DNA from: Bacteroidota bacterium
Lineage (GTDB): Bacteria > Bacteroidota > Bacteroidia > Bacteroidales > UBA12077
Length of the DNA: 64,000 nt
Reading direction: 5' to 3'
Assembly: GCA_034189025.1 (NCBI GenBank)
Contig: JAXHVS010000142.1
Coordinates: 147 to 64,146 of the forward strand
The notes beneath the pieces were generated by a model. The model saw only the letters and a list, made by a program, of their open reading frames with translations, was not told where the DNA came from and did no database searches. The position numbers and the translations under genes were made by a program. Positions 7,705-18,261 of the stretch are shown piece after piece. How positions within the stretch are numbered: position 1 is the first letter of the stretch; each line of letters opens with the position of its first letter.

Positions 7705-9081
7705 ATGGGAAAAGGTAAAACAATCAAAGACTCTTTTATAGCACGATGGGCTGTATTGTTGTTAGCCAGTGCCGTAATGTTTTTTAATTATTATTTTTAT
7801 GATGCATTGTCTCCATTAAAAGATTTAATGCAAACCAACCTTGGATTTTCATCTACTGATTATGGGCTTTTTATTTCAGCATACTCTGTGCCGAATGTAT
7901 TTTTGTTGATGGCTGTTTTGGGAGGAATCATTTTAGATAAAATCGGTATTCGAATAACCGGTTTTTCTTTTGTCTTATTAATGGGTTTGGGTTCGCTGAT
8001 TACTGCATACGGCGCATCAGAGATGTTTCTTTCCGGAGGGATAGGATATAATTTTATGGATTCTTTTCTACCTAAATACAATCCGGCATTAAAAATGATG
8101 TACCTCGGATTCTTTATTTTTGGATTAGGTGCTGAAACGAGTATTGTGGTTTTATCTAAAATTGTGGTAAAATGGTTTAAAGGGAAAGAGCTGGCATTGG
8201 CTTTAGGATTAAATGTAGCGATTGGACGTTTAGGAACAGCCCTTGCCCTTAATCTATCGCCAAAACTGGCCGAAACACAATGGACAAATGCTATTTGGGT
8301 GGGTGTAATGTTTTTATGGATTGGCCTGTTAACTTATATTATATATATGTTGATGGATATTAAATTCGACAGGGAAGTTAAAGAAGACATTTCGCTAAAA
8401 GATCCTGAAGACGAGTTTAGATGGCGTGATTTACTTGATTTGATAACAAATCCAACATTTATCTATATTACCTTATTATGTGTTACCTTTTATTCTGCCG
8501 TATTCCCTTTTATTAAATATGCTCCTGATATGTTGATGAATAAATTTGGATTGGGCAGGCAGGTAAGCGGAAACATTACCTCTTATCTGATGTATGGTAC
8601 CATTTTTCTTACTCCATTATTTGGGTGGATTGCTGATAATAAGGGGAAAAGTGCTACTTTAATGTATTTGGGTTCAGCATTATTAATCATTGCCCATTTG
8701 CTTTTTGCCAAAACAATGATAACGCCCTATATTCCAGTAATATTGCTAGGAATAGCTTTTTCATTAGTTCCGGCAGCAATGTGGCCTGCTGTTGCAAAAA
8801 TTGTAGGCGAAAATAAAATTGGTACTGCTTATGGTGCGATGTTCTCAGTCCAAAATTTAGGCCTATGGGCTTTCCCGATTTTAATTGGGAGTGTATTGGA
8901 AAAATCTAATCCCGGCGTTGCTGAAGCTAAGGCTGCCGGAGAGCATGCCGTTTATAATTATACAAATCCCTTATTAATGCTTGCCGGGCTAGGAGTATTG
9001 GGTTTGTTTTTTGCTTTTATGCTTAAAAGAGCGGATAAAAAACAGGGTTATGGCCTTGAATTACCAAATATTGAGAAATAA
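7705..9081 (+). CDS. MFS transporter (paralog 1)
   Basis: 458 aa, ~12 TM segments. Colinear with the next gene. Both end in ...MLKRADKKQGYGLELP / MLKKADVKQGYGLELP. Confidence 0.8.
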   Translation: MGKGKTIKDSFIARWAVLLLASAVMFFNYYFYDALSPLKDLMQTNLGFSSTDYGLFISAYSVPNVFLLMAVLGGIILDKIGIRITGFSFVLLMGLGSLITAYGASEMFLSGGIGYNFMDSFLPKYNPALKMMYLGFFIFGLGAETSIVVLSKIVVKWFKGKELALALGLNVAIGRLGTALALNLSPKLAETQWTNAIWVGVMFLWIGLLTYIIYMLMDIKFDREVKEDISLKDPEDEFRWRDLLDLITNPTFIYITLLCVTFYSAVFPFIKYAPDMLMNKFGLGRQVSGNITSYLMYGTIFLTPLFGWIADNKGKSATLMYLGSALLIIAHLLFAKTMITPYIPVILLGIAFSLVPAAMWPAVAKIVGENKIGTAYGAMFSVQNLGLWAFPILIGSVLEKSNPGVAEAKAAGEHAVYNYTNPLLMLAGLGVLGLFFAFMLKRADKKQGYGLELPNIEK

Positions 9082-9116
9082 TAATCATTAATCATTAAAA
9101 GTTAATTTAGAATATT

Positions 9117-10772
9117 ATGACAGAAACAATTAAAAAAACTTTAAAAGATTCTGCAGCCATACGTTGGCTGGTTTTAATCCTTATTAGTGGTTTAACATTT
9201 GGCACCTATTGGTTCCAGGATTTCTTTTCGGGTATTAAACCACTGATGATTACCGAAATGGGGATTACCAGTAGTCAGTTTGGTACCCTTATACAATGGA
9301 CAACCTGGGCTAATGTGTTTGGGATGATCATTGTTGGAGGTATTATTCTTGATAACTGGGGAATAAAACGTACCGGTGTTGTATTTGGTTTGCTTGCCAC
9401 TGTTGGAGCTGCACTTACAGCAGTTGGAGCTGCTGGTACTTTTACAAATACTACAGAAGGACAGATGTGGGTAATGATGATTGGCCGTTTATTATTCGGT
9501 TCAGGACTCGAAGTAGTTTGTGTTATTGCCATGCGTACTATTGTAAAATGGTTTAAAGGCTACGAACTGGCATTAGCCATGGCCATTAATATGGGATTTG
9601 GCCGATTAGGTTCTACCCTGGGACAAGCATTATCCATCGATATTGGACAAGGTGTTGTTTCTCCGGCAGTTAACTTCGCAGCTACCCTAATTGGTATTGG
9701 TTTGTTAATGTTCTTAATATATATCATTTTTGATGTTAAGCTTGATAAACAGCTTAAAGAAGATGTTGTTGAGGGTGAAGAAGAAAAATTTCGTTTCTCG
9801 GATCTTGTAAAACTAGTAACCAACCGTTCGTTTATTTTTATTGCGTTACTGTGCGTTACTTTTTATTCAGCCGTATTTCCATTTATGCAATACGCACCCG
9901 ATTTGTTAATTAATAAATTTAACTTTACTTACGATTTGCCTGAAAGTGCAACAATAGCTATTTTAGGAAGTAAAGCATTGGGTAACCTGGCCATTTATCT
10001 TGGACTTTTTATTTTTGCGTTGGCCATTACCTTAGTCCCTTCAAATATTGAAAAGAGAAAAAATAAAATCTTTTCTGTTGTTGCTATTTTAGGTGTTTTT
10101 GTATTATTTATTTATGCATTTTCTGATACTTTTGGGATGTGGCTTAAAAACGGGCCCAAAACCGCAAGCTTAATCCCGTTAGGTTCGATCTTGTTTACAC
10201 CCATTTTTGGGAAAATAGTAGATAATAAAGGAAAAGCAGCTTCATTAATGATCCTTGGTTCGTTATTACTTATTTTCGCCCATATTTCATTGTCAGTTTT
10301 AGACAGTACGGTACTAGGTTATTTCGGATTGTTGGCATTAGGAATTGCTTTCTCACTGGTTCCGGCAGCCATGTGGCCATCAGTTGCCAAAATTGTTGCA
10401 GAAAATCGATTAGGAACAGCTTACGCGGTGATGTTTACCGTTCAGAATTGGGGATTAAATGCCTTTTTCAAAGGCATCGGATGGGTGCTTGACAAAGCAA
10501 ATCCTGATGTTATTGCACAAATTGAATCTGCAAGGCAATCCCTCGAAGCGCAAGGTTTGAGTAAGATTGAGATAAGTGAAGCTTTACAGGAAATGCAGAT
10601 CGTTTCCGGTGAAATTCCTCCGTTTAACTATACCATTCCTATTTTAATGTTAGTAGGATTAGGTGTTATTGCATTATTCATTGCCTTTATGCTTAAAAAA
10701 GCTGATGTTAAACAAGGTTATGGTTTAGAATTACCTTCAGATGCCGTAGCACCTAATGGAGAAAATAATTAA
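9117..10772 (+). CDS. MFS transporter (paralog 2, with extra hydrophobic insertion)
   Basis: 551 aa. Colinear with 7705..9081 but carries ~70 extra residues with two hydrophobic segments (LGNLAIYLGLFIFALAITLV, IFSVVAILGVFVLFIYAF) and a longer loop before the last TM. Confidence 0.8.
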   Translation: MTETIKKTLKDSAAIRWLVLILISGLTFGTYWFQDFFSGIKPLMITEMGITSSQFGTLIQWTTWANVFGMIIVGGIILDNWGIKRTGVVFGLLATVGAALTAVGAAGTFTNTTEGQMWVMMIGRLLFGSGLEVVCVIAMRTIVKWFKGYELALAMAINMGFGRLGSTLGQALSIDIGQGVVSPAVNFAATLIGIGLLMFLIYIIFDVKLDKQLKEDVVEGEEEKFRFSDLVKLVTNRSFIFIALLCVTFYSAVFPFMQYAPDLLINKFNFTYDLPESATIAILGSKALGNLAIYLGLFIFALAITLVPSNIEKRKNKIFSVVAILGVFVLFIYAFSDTFGMWLKNGPKTASLIPLGSILFTPIFGKIVDNKGKAASLMILGSLLLIFAHISLSVLDSTVLGYFGLLALGIAFSLVPAAMWPSVAKIVAENRLGTAYAVMFTVQNWGLNAFFKGIGWVLDKANPDVIAQIESARQSLEAQGLSKIEISEALQEMQIVSGEIPPFNYTIPILMLVGLGVIALFIAFMLKKADVKQGYGLELPSDAVAPNGENN

Positions 10773-10798
10773 AAGATACTTTCGTATTTTATATTTTG

Positions 10799-10828
10799 AA
10801 AAGCTGTCTGCAAAGGCAGCTTTTTTAT
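10799..10828 (+). terminator. Rho-independent terminator
   Basis: aaagctgtc TGCAAA ggcagcttt followed by tttatttttt. Confidence 0.7.
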
Positions 10829-10885
10829 TTTTTGCTTTGCTAAAACATATCATGGGTACCGATAATCATTACAAGAAACTATTTC

Positions 10886-10918
10886 AGGAAAAAAGGGATG
10901 CATTAGAAACATCCCTTT
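10886..10918 (-). terminator. Rho-independent terminator of purA
   Basis: Reverse strand reads aaagggatg TTTCTAATG catcccttt then tttcct, directly after the purA stop. Confidence 0.65.
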
Positions 10919-10928
10919 TATTTTTAAT

Positions 10929-12191
10929 TTATTTTTGAATAGTTTCATTCCTGTTAGGGCCTAAAGAAATAATTTTTATGGGTACTTTTATTTCATCTTC
11001 GATAAATTGCAAGTAGGATTTAAACGTTTCGGGTAAGTCAGTATATGATTTTATCTTTGTAATGTCCTCTTTCCATCCTTTAAATTCTTTATAAACAGGT
11101 TGCAATGGTTCATTAACTTCGTAAGGCAAGAAATCAACTTTTTTATTATTTAATATATAATGGGTACAAACTTTAATGGTGTCAAATCCAGAGAGGACAT
11201 CAGCTTTGGTAACTACCAGTTCGGTAACACCATTCAGCATAACGGCAAATTTTAGTGCTGGCAGGTCGAGCCACCCGCATCTTCTTGGACGGCCTGTGGT
11301 GGCACCAAATTCATGGCCTTGTTTTCTGAGTCTTTCTCCTTCACTATTTTCCAGTTCGGTGGGGAAAGGCCCACTCCCTACTCGTGTACAATAGGCTTTA
11401 AAAATACCAATTACATTACCAATTTTATTCGGAGCTATGCCAAGTCCGGTACATGCGCCGGCACAAATAGTATTCGACGAAGTAACAAAAGGGTAAGAAC
11501 CAAAATCAATATCCAATAAAGTACCCTGAGCACCTTCGGCTAAGACCGATTGATTATCTTCTAAATATTGATTGATTAAATGCGCACTTTCAACCAGCTT
11601 AAATTGTTTTATTAATTCAATTCCTTTGAACCATTTTTCTTCGTACTCAGTAAGGTTGTAATCAAAATCGTATTGTTTTAAAATTTCGCGGTGTTTGTTT
11701 TTCAAAAACTCATATTTATCATTAAAGCCAGGATTAATGATATCTCCAATCCGCAATCCATTTCGCCCGGTTTTATCCATATAAGTGGGGCCAATACCTT
11801 TAAGGGTTGATCCGATTTTTGTTTTTCCTTTGGCAGCTTCCGAGGCTGCATCTAAAATTCTGTGTGTAGGCAGAATGAGGTGGGCTCTTTTGGAAATAAA
11901 AAGATTTTTTTGAATATCTACATTAAGGGCTTTTAACTCATTAATCTCTTCCATAAAAATTACAGGGTCGATAACTACCCCGTTGCCAATAATATTTATG
12001 GTATTTGGGTTAAATACACCTGAGGGGATTGTGTGTAATACATGCTTAATTTGATTAAATTCTAAAGAATGGCCGGCATTAGGTCCACCCTGAAAACGTG
12101 CTATTACATTATAGTTTGGTGCTAAAACATCAACGATTTTTCCTTTTCCTTCATCGCCCCATTGTAGGCCTAATAAAACATCTAATTTCAT
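10929..12191 (-). CDS. purA: Adenylosuccinate synthase
   Basis: N-terminal GLQWGDEGKGKIVD P-loop, GKGIGPTYMDK, GATTGRPRRCGWLD. Confidence 0.95.
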   Translation of the reverse strand: MKLDVLLGLQWGDEGKGKIVDVLAPNYNVIARFQGGPNAGHSLEFNQIKHVLHTIPSGVFNPNTINIIGNGVVIDPVIFMEEINELKALNVDIQKNLFISKRAHLILPTHRILDAASEAAKGKTKIGSTLKGIGPTYMDKTGRNGLRIGDIINPGFNDKYEFLKNKHREILKQYDFDYNLTEYEEKWFKGIELIKQFKLVESAHLINQYLEDNQSVLAEGAQGTLLDIDFGSYPFVTSSNTICAGACTGLGIAPNKIGNVIGIFKAYCTRVGSGPFPTELENSEGERLRKQGHEFGATTGRPRRCGWLDLPALKFAVMLNGVTELVVTKADVLSGFDTIKVCTHYILNNKKVDFLPYEVNEPLQPVYKEFKGWKEDITKIKSYTDLPETFKSYLQFIEDEIKVPIKIISLGPNRNETIQK

Positions 12192-12264
12192 TCGAATATT
12201 TTTTATATTATACTCCTGTTATTCAAGTAAATACAATTACTAATTTTTACTTCTGTATTTCAAA

Positions 12265-12475
12265 TACCATGGAACCCTCAAAATTTATTACTCCCTTTGG
12301 TCGTGATTCCGATGGTTATCGGAACGCTATCGCTAAGTTCATATCCTTGTTGTGTACTTTATTGCATGAGGGTTTCACAAGAATATATTTTTAGTTAATT
12401 AATTGGCCTTGTGGAACATCCATGTTATATATATTCCATTTTGGTGCACTTCAGTGCATGGATGTTTCATTCGGT
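12265..12475. repeat. GC-rich structured intergenic element (mosaic repeat family)
   Basis: Long-range 8-bp stem aaccctca (12273-12280) / tgagggtt (12367-12374). 10-bp stem aacatccatg (12415-12424) / catggatgtt (12457-12466) with a competing inner hairpin tgcacTTCAgtgca. The GAGGGTTTCAC word recurs in copy A (gagggtttacc, 2746-2756). Confidence 0.45.
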
Positions 12476-12525
12476 AATTATTAAATTTTCAAATCATTTT
12501 ATCAATACAAATGTAGGTATTAAAA

Positions 12526-12558
12526 ATAATAAAATCTCCAGCAAAAGCATGGAGATTT
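12526..12558 (-). terminator. Rho-independent terminator of the fur-family gene
   Basis: Reverse strand reads aaatctcca TGCTTTTGC tggagattt followed by tattattttt. Confidence 0.65.
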
Positions 12559-12592
12559 AAACAAGTTTTGTTTTTTATAATATAAATAGAGT

Positions 12593-13057
12593 TTACTCCT
12601 TTTCTTTTTCTCTACAATCTTTGCAAATGCCATAGAAATATAAGGAATGATAGCTTACATGAAAATCAGCCACTTTTTCAGCAGTATTTTGAATATCCTG
12701 AATTCTGGGATCACAAAATTCAAAAACTTTTCCACATTTTTGGCAAATTAAATGATCATGTTGTTTACAATTATGAGCTTTTTCAAATTGAGCCATATTT
12801 CTCCCAAATTGATGTTTAATAACCAGATTGCTTTCTAAAAGCAGTTCTATTGTATTATACAATGTGGCGCGGCTTACTCTGTAATTTTTATTTTTCATCG
12901 ATATATATAGTGATTCAATATCGAAATGATTGTCACGCGAATATATTTCATCCAGAATGGCAAATCGCTCGGGGGTTTTTCTATGTCCTTTCTTTTCTAA
13001 AAATTCCGTAAAAATTTTTTTAATGGTATCTTTAGTATCTGTACAAATCATAAACAA
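12593..13057 (-). CDS. fur: Fur-family transcriptional regulator
   Basis: 154 aa. Winged-helix part ([14 protein letters not shown]...[14 protein letters not shown]) and metal sites [12 protein letters not shown]...CKDC (two CxxC pairs). Confidence 0.85.
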   Translation of the reverse strand: MFMICTDTKDTIKKIFTEFLEKKGHRKTPERFAILDEIYSRDNHFDIESLYISMKNKNYRVSRATLYNTIELLLESNLVIKHQFGRNMAQFEKAHNCKQHDHLICQKCGKVFEFCDPRIQDIQNTAEKVADFHVSYHSLYFYGICKDCREKEKE

Positions 13058-13123
13058 TCATTTAAATAATGAATGTTAAAAGTATAATTTTTTTTTGTTA
13101 TTTAGAATTAATTTAAAGAAAAA

Positions 13124-15406
13124 TTAGTTTTGAATCTCTTCTTTTCGTTTAACCGATTCAACCCCCTTAATTTTGCTAATATTCATAATTAAGTTATTCA
13201 AGTCTTTAACACTATGTACATACAGCTCTATATCGCCTTCGAAAATCCCGTCGTGTGTTTCAATAAAAAATTTACGAATATTTACATCTAATTCCTCTGT
13301 AATAACGGTTGTAATATCTGAAGCAATCCCTATACGGTCAATTCCATTAACGGTTAATTTGGCAAGTGATGATAAGAATTTCTGTGAAGTCCATTTTACT
13401 TTTACAATATAATTCCCCTGGCTTGACATTAACTTAATTGCATTAGGACATTTTGCTTTGTGAATAATTATATAATCTTCTTTTGGATTTTTATATCCAA
13501 TTACATCATCGCCAGGTATAGGATTACAACATTTTGCTATTTTATATTTATTTTCTTCTAAATCGGTATCTTCGCGGATAACGACAGGATCTTTATAATT
13601 AAATTTTTTATTTTGTTTAGGCGCCTTAGTTACCGGGGTTGATTTTTTTGATGATGAAGTAGTTTTTGCAATTTGGAGGCCCCAATAACGAACAAATTTA
13701 TTTTTAGTATTTTTTTTCAGATTTTTTTTCAGATCATCTAATTTCAGAATGCCACTTCCAATTTTACTATATAGCTCATCTTTATTCTTAACATTATATT
13801 CTGGTAAAATTTTTCTAAAAACCCTTGAGCTGGGGTGGATATTGAGTTCTTTTAATTTTGTTTCAAGGATTTTTTTCCCAATATCAATTCGGTTTTTTGT
13901 TTCAGCTTTAAGGCTATTGGTAATGCTCGATTTAGCTTTGGCTGTTTTTACATGCGAGAGCCATTCTTTTTGTATCCGTTGTTTGTTTGATGTTATTATT
14001 TCTACTTGATCGCCGCTGGATAAGATATAATTTAGCGGTACCAGTTTGTGATTAATTTTAGCCCCAATGGCTTTATTTCCTATTTCGGTGTGGATTTCGT
14101 AAGCAAAATCAAGGGCTGTAGAATATTTTGGCAAGGTTACCAGGTCGCCTTTAGGTGTAAAAACCATAATTTCCGAAGCAAACAGATTCATTTTAAATTC
14201 ATCTAAAAATTCAAGAGCATCGGATTTGGGGTTTTCGAGCATTGATCGTATTCGCTTAACCCATTTATCTAATTCACTTTCGCCAGAATTTTCTCCTTTG
14301 TATTTCCAGTGGGCAGCAAATCCGCGTTCAGCAATTTCGTCCATTCTATCCGAACGTATCTGTACTTCAATCCAATTACCTCCGGGCCCCATTACTGTTA
14401 TATGTAATGCTTCGTAACCATTCGCTTTGGGTGAGCTTATCCAATCACGTATTCGATCGGGTTTAGGGGTGTAAATGTCGGTTATTAAAGAATAAATTTG
14501 CCAGCATTGAGCTTTTTCTGTTTCCCGATTTAAGGATTTAAATACAATTCGTATAGCCATTAAATCATACACCTCTTCAAAGGGAATGTTTTTCGATTGC
14601 ATCTTATTCCAAATGGAGAAAATAGATTTTGGCCTTCCGCTAATATCAAACTCGATATTATGTTTTTCAAGTTTTTCTATTATAGGTAATGCAAACCGGT
14701 TAATTTCCTGCTGGCGTTTCTTTTCATTATCTTTTAATTTAGAAACAATTTCAGCGAAAACTTTCGGGTGTCTGTATTTTAAGCTTAAATCTTCAAGCTC
14801 TGTTTTTATGGCATAAAGTCCGAGCCTGTGGGCAAGTGGAGCATAAAGGTAAACGGTTTCGCCGGCAATTTTAAGTTGTTTATTGGGTGGCATCGAATCA
14901 AGCGTACGCATATTGTGTAACCTGTCGGCTAGTTTAATGAGAATTACTCTTACATCATCCGACATTGTTAATAGCATTTTGCGGAAATTTTCAGCTTGTA
15001 ATGATGATCGATTGTCAAAAACTCCGGCAATTTTTGTTAACCCGTTAATGATAGAAGCAATTTTGTTTCCAAATAAATGCTGTATATCTTCGAGGGTATA
15101 ATCGGTATCTTCAACAACATCGTGAAGCAAAGCACAAGCAATGGATTTGGCACCCAAACCAATTTCAGAGGCAACTATTTTGGCTACAGCCAATGGATGT
15201 ACTATATATGGTTCTCCCGATTTGCGTTTAACTCCTTTATGCGATTCTTTGGCTAAATCAAAAGCTTTCCGTATCAACTCTATATCGTTGGCCTTTATAT
15301 GTTTTGAACAACTTGCAATAAGGTCGTTATAGAGCGACTCGGCATAAGAATCCTCATCAATCATATGAGTATGTAAAGGAGAATTTTTTTCTGTCATATC
15401 ATTCAC
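13124..15406 (-). CDS. relA: Bifunctional (p)ppGpp synthetase/hydrolase, RelA/SpoT family
   Basis: HD hydrolase motifs (HPLAVA, LHDVVEDT), synthetase core (GRPKSIFSIWNKM, DLMAIRIV, YEALHITV), TGS (VFTPKGDLVTLPKYSTALDFAY) and a C-terminal ACT-like domain. Confidence 0.9.
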   Translation of the reverse strand: MNDMTEKNSPLHTHMIDEDSYAESLYNDLIASCSKHIKANDIELIRKAFDLAKESHKGVKRKSGEPYIVHPLAVAKIVASEIGLGAKSIACALLHDVVEDTDYTLEDIQHLFGNKIASIINGLTKIAGVFDNRSSLQAENFRKMLLTMSDDVRVILIKLADRLHNMRTLDSMPPNKQLKIAGETVYLYAPLAHRLGLYAIKTELEDLSLKYRHPKVFAEIVSKLKDNEKKRQQEINRFALPIIEKLEKHNIEFDISGRPKSIFSIWNKMQSKNIPFEEVYDLMAIRIVFKSLNRETEKAQCWQIYSLITDIYTPKPDRIRDWISSPKANGYEALHITVMGPGGNWIEVQIRSDRMDEIAERGFAAHWKYKGENSGESELDKWVKRIRSMLENPKSDALEFLDEFKMNLFASEIMVFTPKGDLVTLPKYSTALDFAYEIHTEIGNKAIGAKINHKLVPLNYILSSGDQVEIITSNKQRIQKEWLSHVKTAKAKSSITNSLKAETKNRIDIGKKILETKLKELNIHPSSRVFRKILPEYNVKNKDELYSKIGSGILKLDDLKKNLKKNTKNKFVRYWGLQIAKTTSSSKKSTPVTKAPKQNKKFNYKDPVVIREDTDLEENKYKIAKCCNPIPGDDVIGYKNPKEDYIIIHKAKCPNAIKLMSSQGNYIVKVKWTSQKFLSSLAKLTVNGIDRIGIASDITTVITEELDVNIRKFFIETHDGIFEGDIELYVHSVKDLNNLIMNISKIKGVESVKRKEEIQN

Positions 15407-15469
15407 CCAAAATTTTAAACTACAAATTTAAGAAAAAATCATGGAATAGAATTGGTTGTATATTTATTA

Positions 15470-16939
15470 TTACGGATAGAAAACGGTTATGTGCCCTCTT
15501 TTTTCAATAATTTGACCATCGGGCAATTTAATTTTTAGATAGTAAATATAGGCTCCGGTAGGTACTGCTTTTCCATTTGTATCTGTTCCATTCCAGTTTT
15601 TACCTGGGTTTTTGGTTTGAAAAATTACATTTGACCAACGATTATAAATGGTTAATTGATAATCGCCAGGAAATAACGATAAATCGGGTTGAATTTTTAG
15701 TTCATCATTGTTGCCATCTCCGTTAGGGGTTATGGCTTCGGGAATAAAAATATCCGGCTCTATATAAATACAAACAGTGTTGGATTGGCTATATTCTGTT
15801 GAACCCATTTCAGTGGCTTGAATAAAATAGCAATAAAGCCCGGTTTCAATATCCTGGCCGACTGTAGTAATCTCATCATCAAAAAAATTATGATTTGAAA
15901 AACTTCTTATGAGCTGTGGCCCCGAATTATCTTTTGATCTATACAGTTCATAATTAGCATTTGGTAAATCAAATTCTTTAAAATAATTCCAGCTTAACGA
16001 ATGGATATTTTCTTCCCTTTCTATGGTAAGCAGAATATTATTTATAATATCCGATTGGGTGGTGATGTTGCCACAATTATTAATAGCAACCAGTTTATAA
16101 TAGGTTATTTCCGTATCGGGGTTTGAATTTTCGTGGGTAGTTATAATCTCAAAATCAGTTGTAGTTATGGTTTTCAATGTGTCGTAACTGCCTGTGGCTG
16201 ATGATGAATACAGTAGTTTATAGGTGGATAATTCTGAGTTGGGTGCTATTTCGAATTTTAAATGGGTATTCTCTCCTTCAACTGTTGCATAAATTGCATC
16301 TATATAATCAGGGCTTTGTGGCATCTCGGTAAATTTACCTACCGGGTTGGAAAATCCTGTGGAATCGGACTCTTCCCATTCTACGCCGATTTTGAAAGTA
16401 TAATTTGTGTTTTCTTCTATATTATCTATAGTATAGGAGCTTTGAGAGTTGTTAATGTTTGTCTGTTGTAGTATACCATCTTTGTATTGATAAATGATAA
16501 ATCCTGAAGGATTCCATTGGTTTGAAGGCAAATCATTATGCTGCTGCTCTGTCCAGTGTAAATTAATTACAGCTTCACATGAATCATAATCATAGGTTAA
16601 TTTATAGGTAGATATTATTTGGGTATAGGTTTCATTTGGAGTAGTAGCACTTTGTATTTTATATAACCTGGGGAATATATTTGCTTGTGCTGATTTATCA
16701 ATATAGCTTGTAATAGAAGGATCATAAATGGTATCGATAGGCGATAAGCTTGAAATGGCAAGACTATCTCTGAAAATTACAAGATCTTCTGTTCCGGCAT
16801 ATTTCCAGCTTAACCTTACATGGCCCTGTTCATTTATAACCGAAACATTTTGCATGGATAAATTTGTTTGGGCATGGCTGGCCGATACTGCAAAGGCAGT
16901 AATGAATAATACAGATAATATGTGTTTAAAGCGATTCAC
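15470..16939 (-). CDS. T9SS type-B sorting domain (gliding motility-associated C-terminal domain) surface protein
   Basis: Signal peptide ...ASHAQ, Ig/FN3-like repeats. C-terminus IPEAITPNGDGNNDELKI...YNRWSNVIFQ...WNGTDTNGKAVPTGAYIYYLKI matches the CHU_C / type-B T9SS sorting domain. Confidence 0.8.
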   Translation of the reverse strand: MNRFKHILSVLFITAFAVSASHAQTNLSMQNVSVINEQGHVRLSWKYAGTEDLVIFRDSLAISSLSPIDTIYDPSITSYIDKSAQANIFPRLYKIQSATTPNETYTQIISTYKLTYDYDSCEAVINLHWTEQQHNDLPSNQWNPSGFIIYQYKDGILQQTNINNSQSSYTIDNIEENTNYTFKIGVEWEESDSTGFSNPVGKFTEMPQSPDYIDAIYATVEGENTHLKFEIAPNSELSTYKLLYSSSATGSYDTLKTITTTDFEIITTHENSNPDTEITYYKLVAINNCGNITTQSDIINNILLTIEREENIHSLSWNYFKEFDLPNANYELYRSKDNSGPQLIRSFSNHNFFDDEITTVGQDIETGLYCYFIQATEMGSTEYSQSNTVCIYIEPDIFIPEAITPNGDGNNDELKIQPDLSLFPGDYQLTIYNRWSNVIFQTKNPGKNWNGTDTNGKAVPTGAYIYYLKIKLPDGQIIEKRGHITVFYP

Positions 16940-16970
16940 TATTTTTTTATCCTACGAAATTTAAACATAT

Positions 16971-18257
16971 TTATTCATATTTCCCGGCAATGGTTGTTAC
17001 AAATTTTTCTTCTGGCAAATATTTGTTAGCCAGTTGCAAAATTTCTTCCGGAGTTATGGTTTTAATTGCTTCAATGGCCTGGTTGAAATAATCGGGCGTG
17101 AGGTCGAAATCTATAATAGATCGGTAGCTTTCTGATAGTGCAAAAGGCCCGTCGAAAGATCGTAAAAAATCTCCCATCATATTATTTTTTACCAGGGTTA
17201 ATTCTTCGTCACTTATTTTTTCTTCTTTTAAACGGTTTATTTCTTTAAATATTTCAACCAGGGTTTTTTTGGTATAACCGGCACCTACCTCAGATACAAT
17301 AATCAGTAATCCTGCATTTTGTAATGAAATTAATGCCGAGCCAATGCCATAGGTATATCCTTTTTCTTCACGGATGTTTTTCATTAACCGCGAACCAAAA
17401 TAACCACCAAGGATGGTGTTTACAATATTTAATTTTATAAAATCGGGATGGGTTTGTATGGGCATTTCTATTCCTACCCGAATGGCCGATTGTTTGGCGG
17501 TTTTTTTCTGTATGATTTTTTCTTTGATCAATGGATGTCGTGAAATGTTTTGTGAATTTTCTATTTTCTGATTTGTTCCCCAGTTTTTGTTCCCAAAATG
17601 TTGATCAATCATTTCGATAACAGAATCATCTATTTTCCCGATAACAATTATTTTTGCATTCTGAGGGATGTAATGTTTTTTATGAAAATCTAACAATGAT
17701 TTCTGGGTTAGTGAGTCGTAATCTTCCAGTTGTACATTTTTCCCATAAGGGTGATCTGTTCCAAAAAGTTGCTCATTAAAAGCCCTTCGGGCTAGATTGG
17801 AAACTTTTTCCATTTCAATACTAAAAAGTTGTTTCTTTTTATGGATGAAATTGGTTAGCTCGTGTTGTGGAAATGTTGGATATTTAACAATCTCCTCAAG
17901 TATCTTAATTGTTTCGGGTAAATATTTTTTTAGTGTAAAAAGCGAAAGACTGGCAAAATCTTTGGTAGGCTGTGGTTTTATAAAAGCTCCGTAATAATCT
18001 AACTTTTCGGCAATTTGGTGTGAGGAAAAATTTTTAGAGCCTTCCATTAGCATTTCGTTAGTAGCACTGGCAATAGGTGGTTTGGGTTGGTGCCAGCTTC
18101 CGGCTTCGAATATAACATCGATTTTTACTATTTCCTGTGTTCCTACATCAATAAAATGTGTAACAATGTTATTTTCCAATGTAATTTTAGTTGGATGAAT
18201 AATATTGATTTTTTTTATATCTTGATAAGAAGGTTTAATTTTTCGGTTTAATGTCAT
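16971..18257 (-). CDS. M16-family peptidase, non-catalytic partner (no HxxEH)
   Basis: Pitrilysin-like architecture without the zinc motif. The track start at 18395 would overlap the upstream gene by 134 nt. The ATG at 18257 (MTLNRKIKPSYQD) lies 5 nt after the upstream stop and is preferred. Confidence 0.75.
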   Translation of the reverse strand: MTLNRKIKPSYQDIKKINIIHPTKITLENNIVTHFIDVGTQEIVKIDVIFEAGSWHQPKPPIASATNEMLMEGSKNFSSHQIAEKLDYYGAFIKPQPTKDFASLSLFTLKKYLPETIKILEEIVKYPTFPQHELTNFIHKKKQLFSIEMEKVSNLARRAFNEQLFGTDHPYGKNVQLEDYDSLTQKSLLDFHKKHYIPQNAKIIVIGKIDDSVIEMIDQHFGNKNWGTNQKIENSQNISRHPLIKEKIIQKKTAKQSAIRVGIEMPIQTHPDFIKLNIVNTILGGYFGSRLMKNIREEKGYTYGIGSALISLQNAGLLIIVSEVGAGYTKKTLVEIFKEINRLKEEKISDEELTLVKNNMMGDFLRSFDGPFALSESYRSIIDFDLTPDYFNQAIEAIKTITPEEILQLANKYLPEEKFVTTIAGKYE

Positions 18258-18261
18258 GGCT

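Noticed and set aside
12098-12394. 98-aa ORF overlapping the purA start and the structured spacer
   Set aside because: It runs antisense to the purA 5' end and continues through the GC-rich element. It is a typical repeat-generated ORF.
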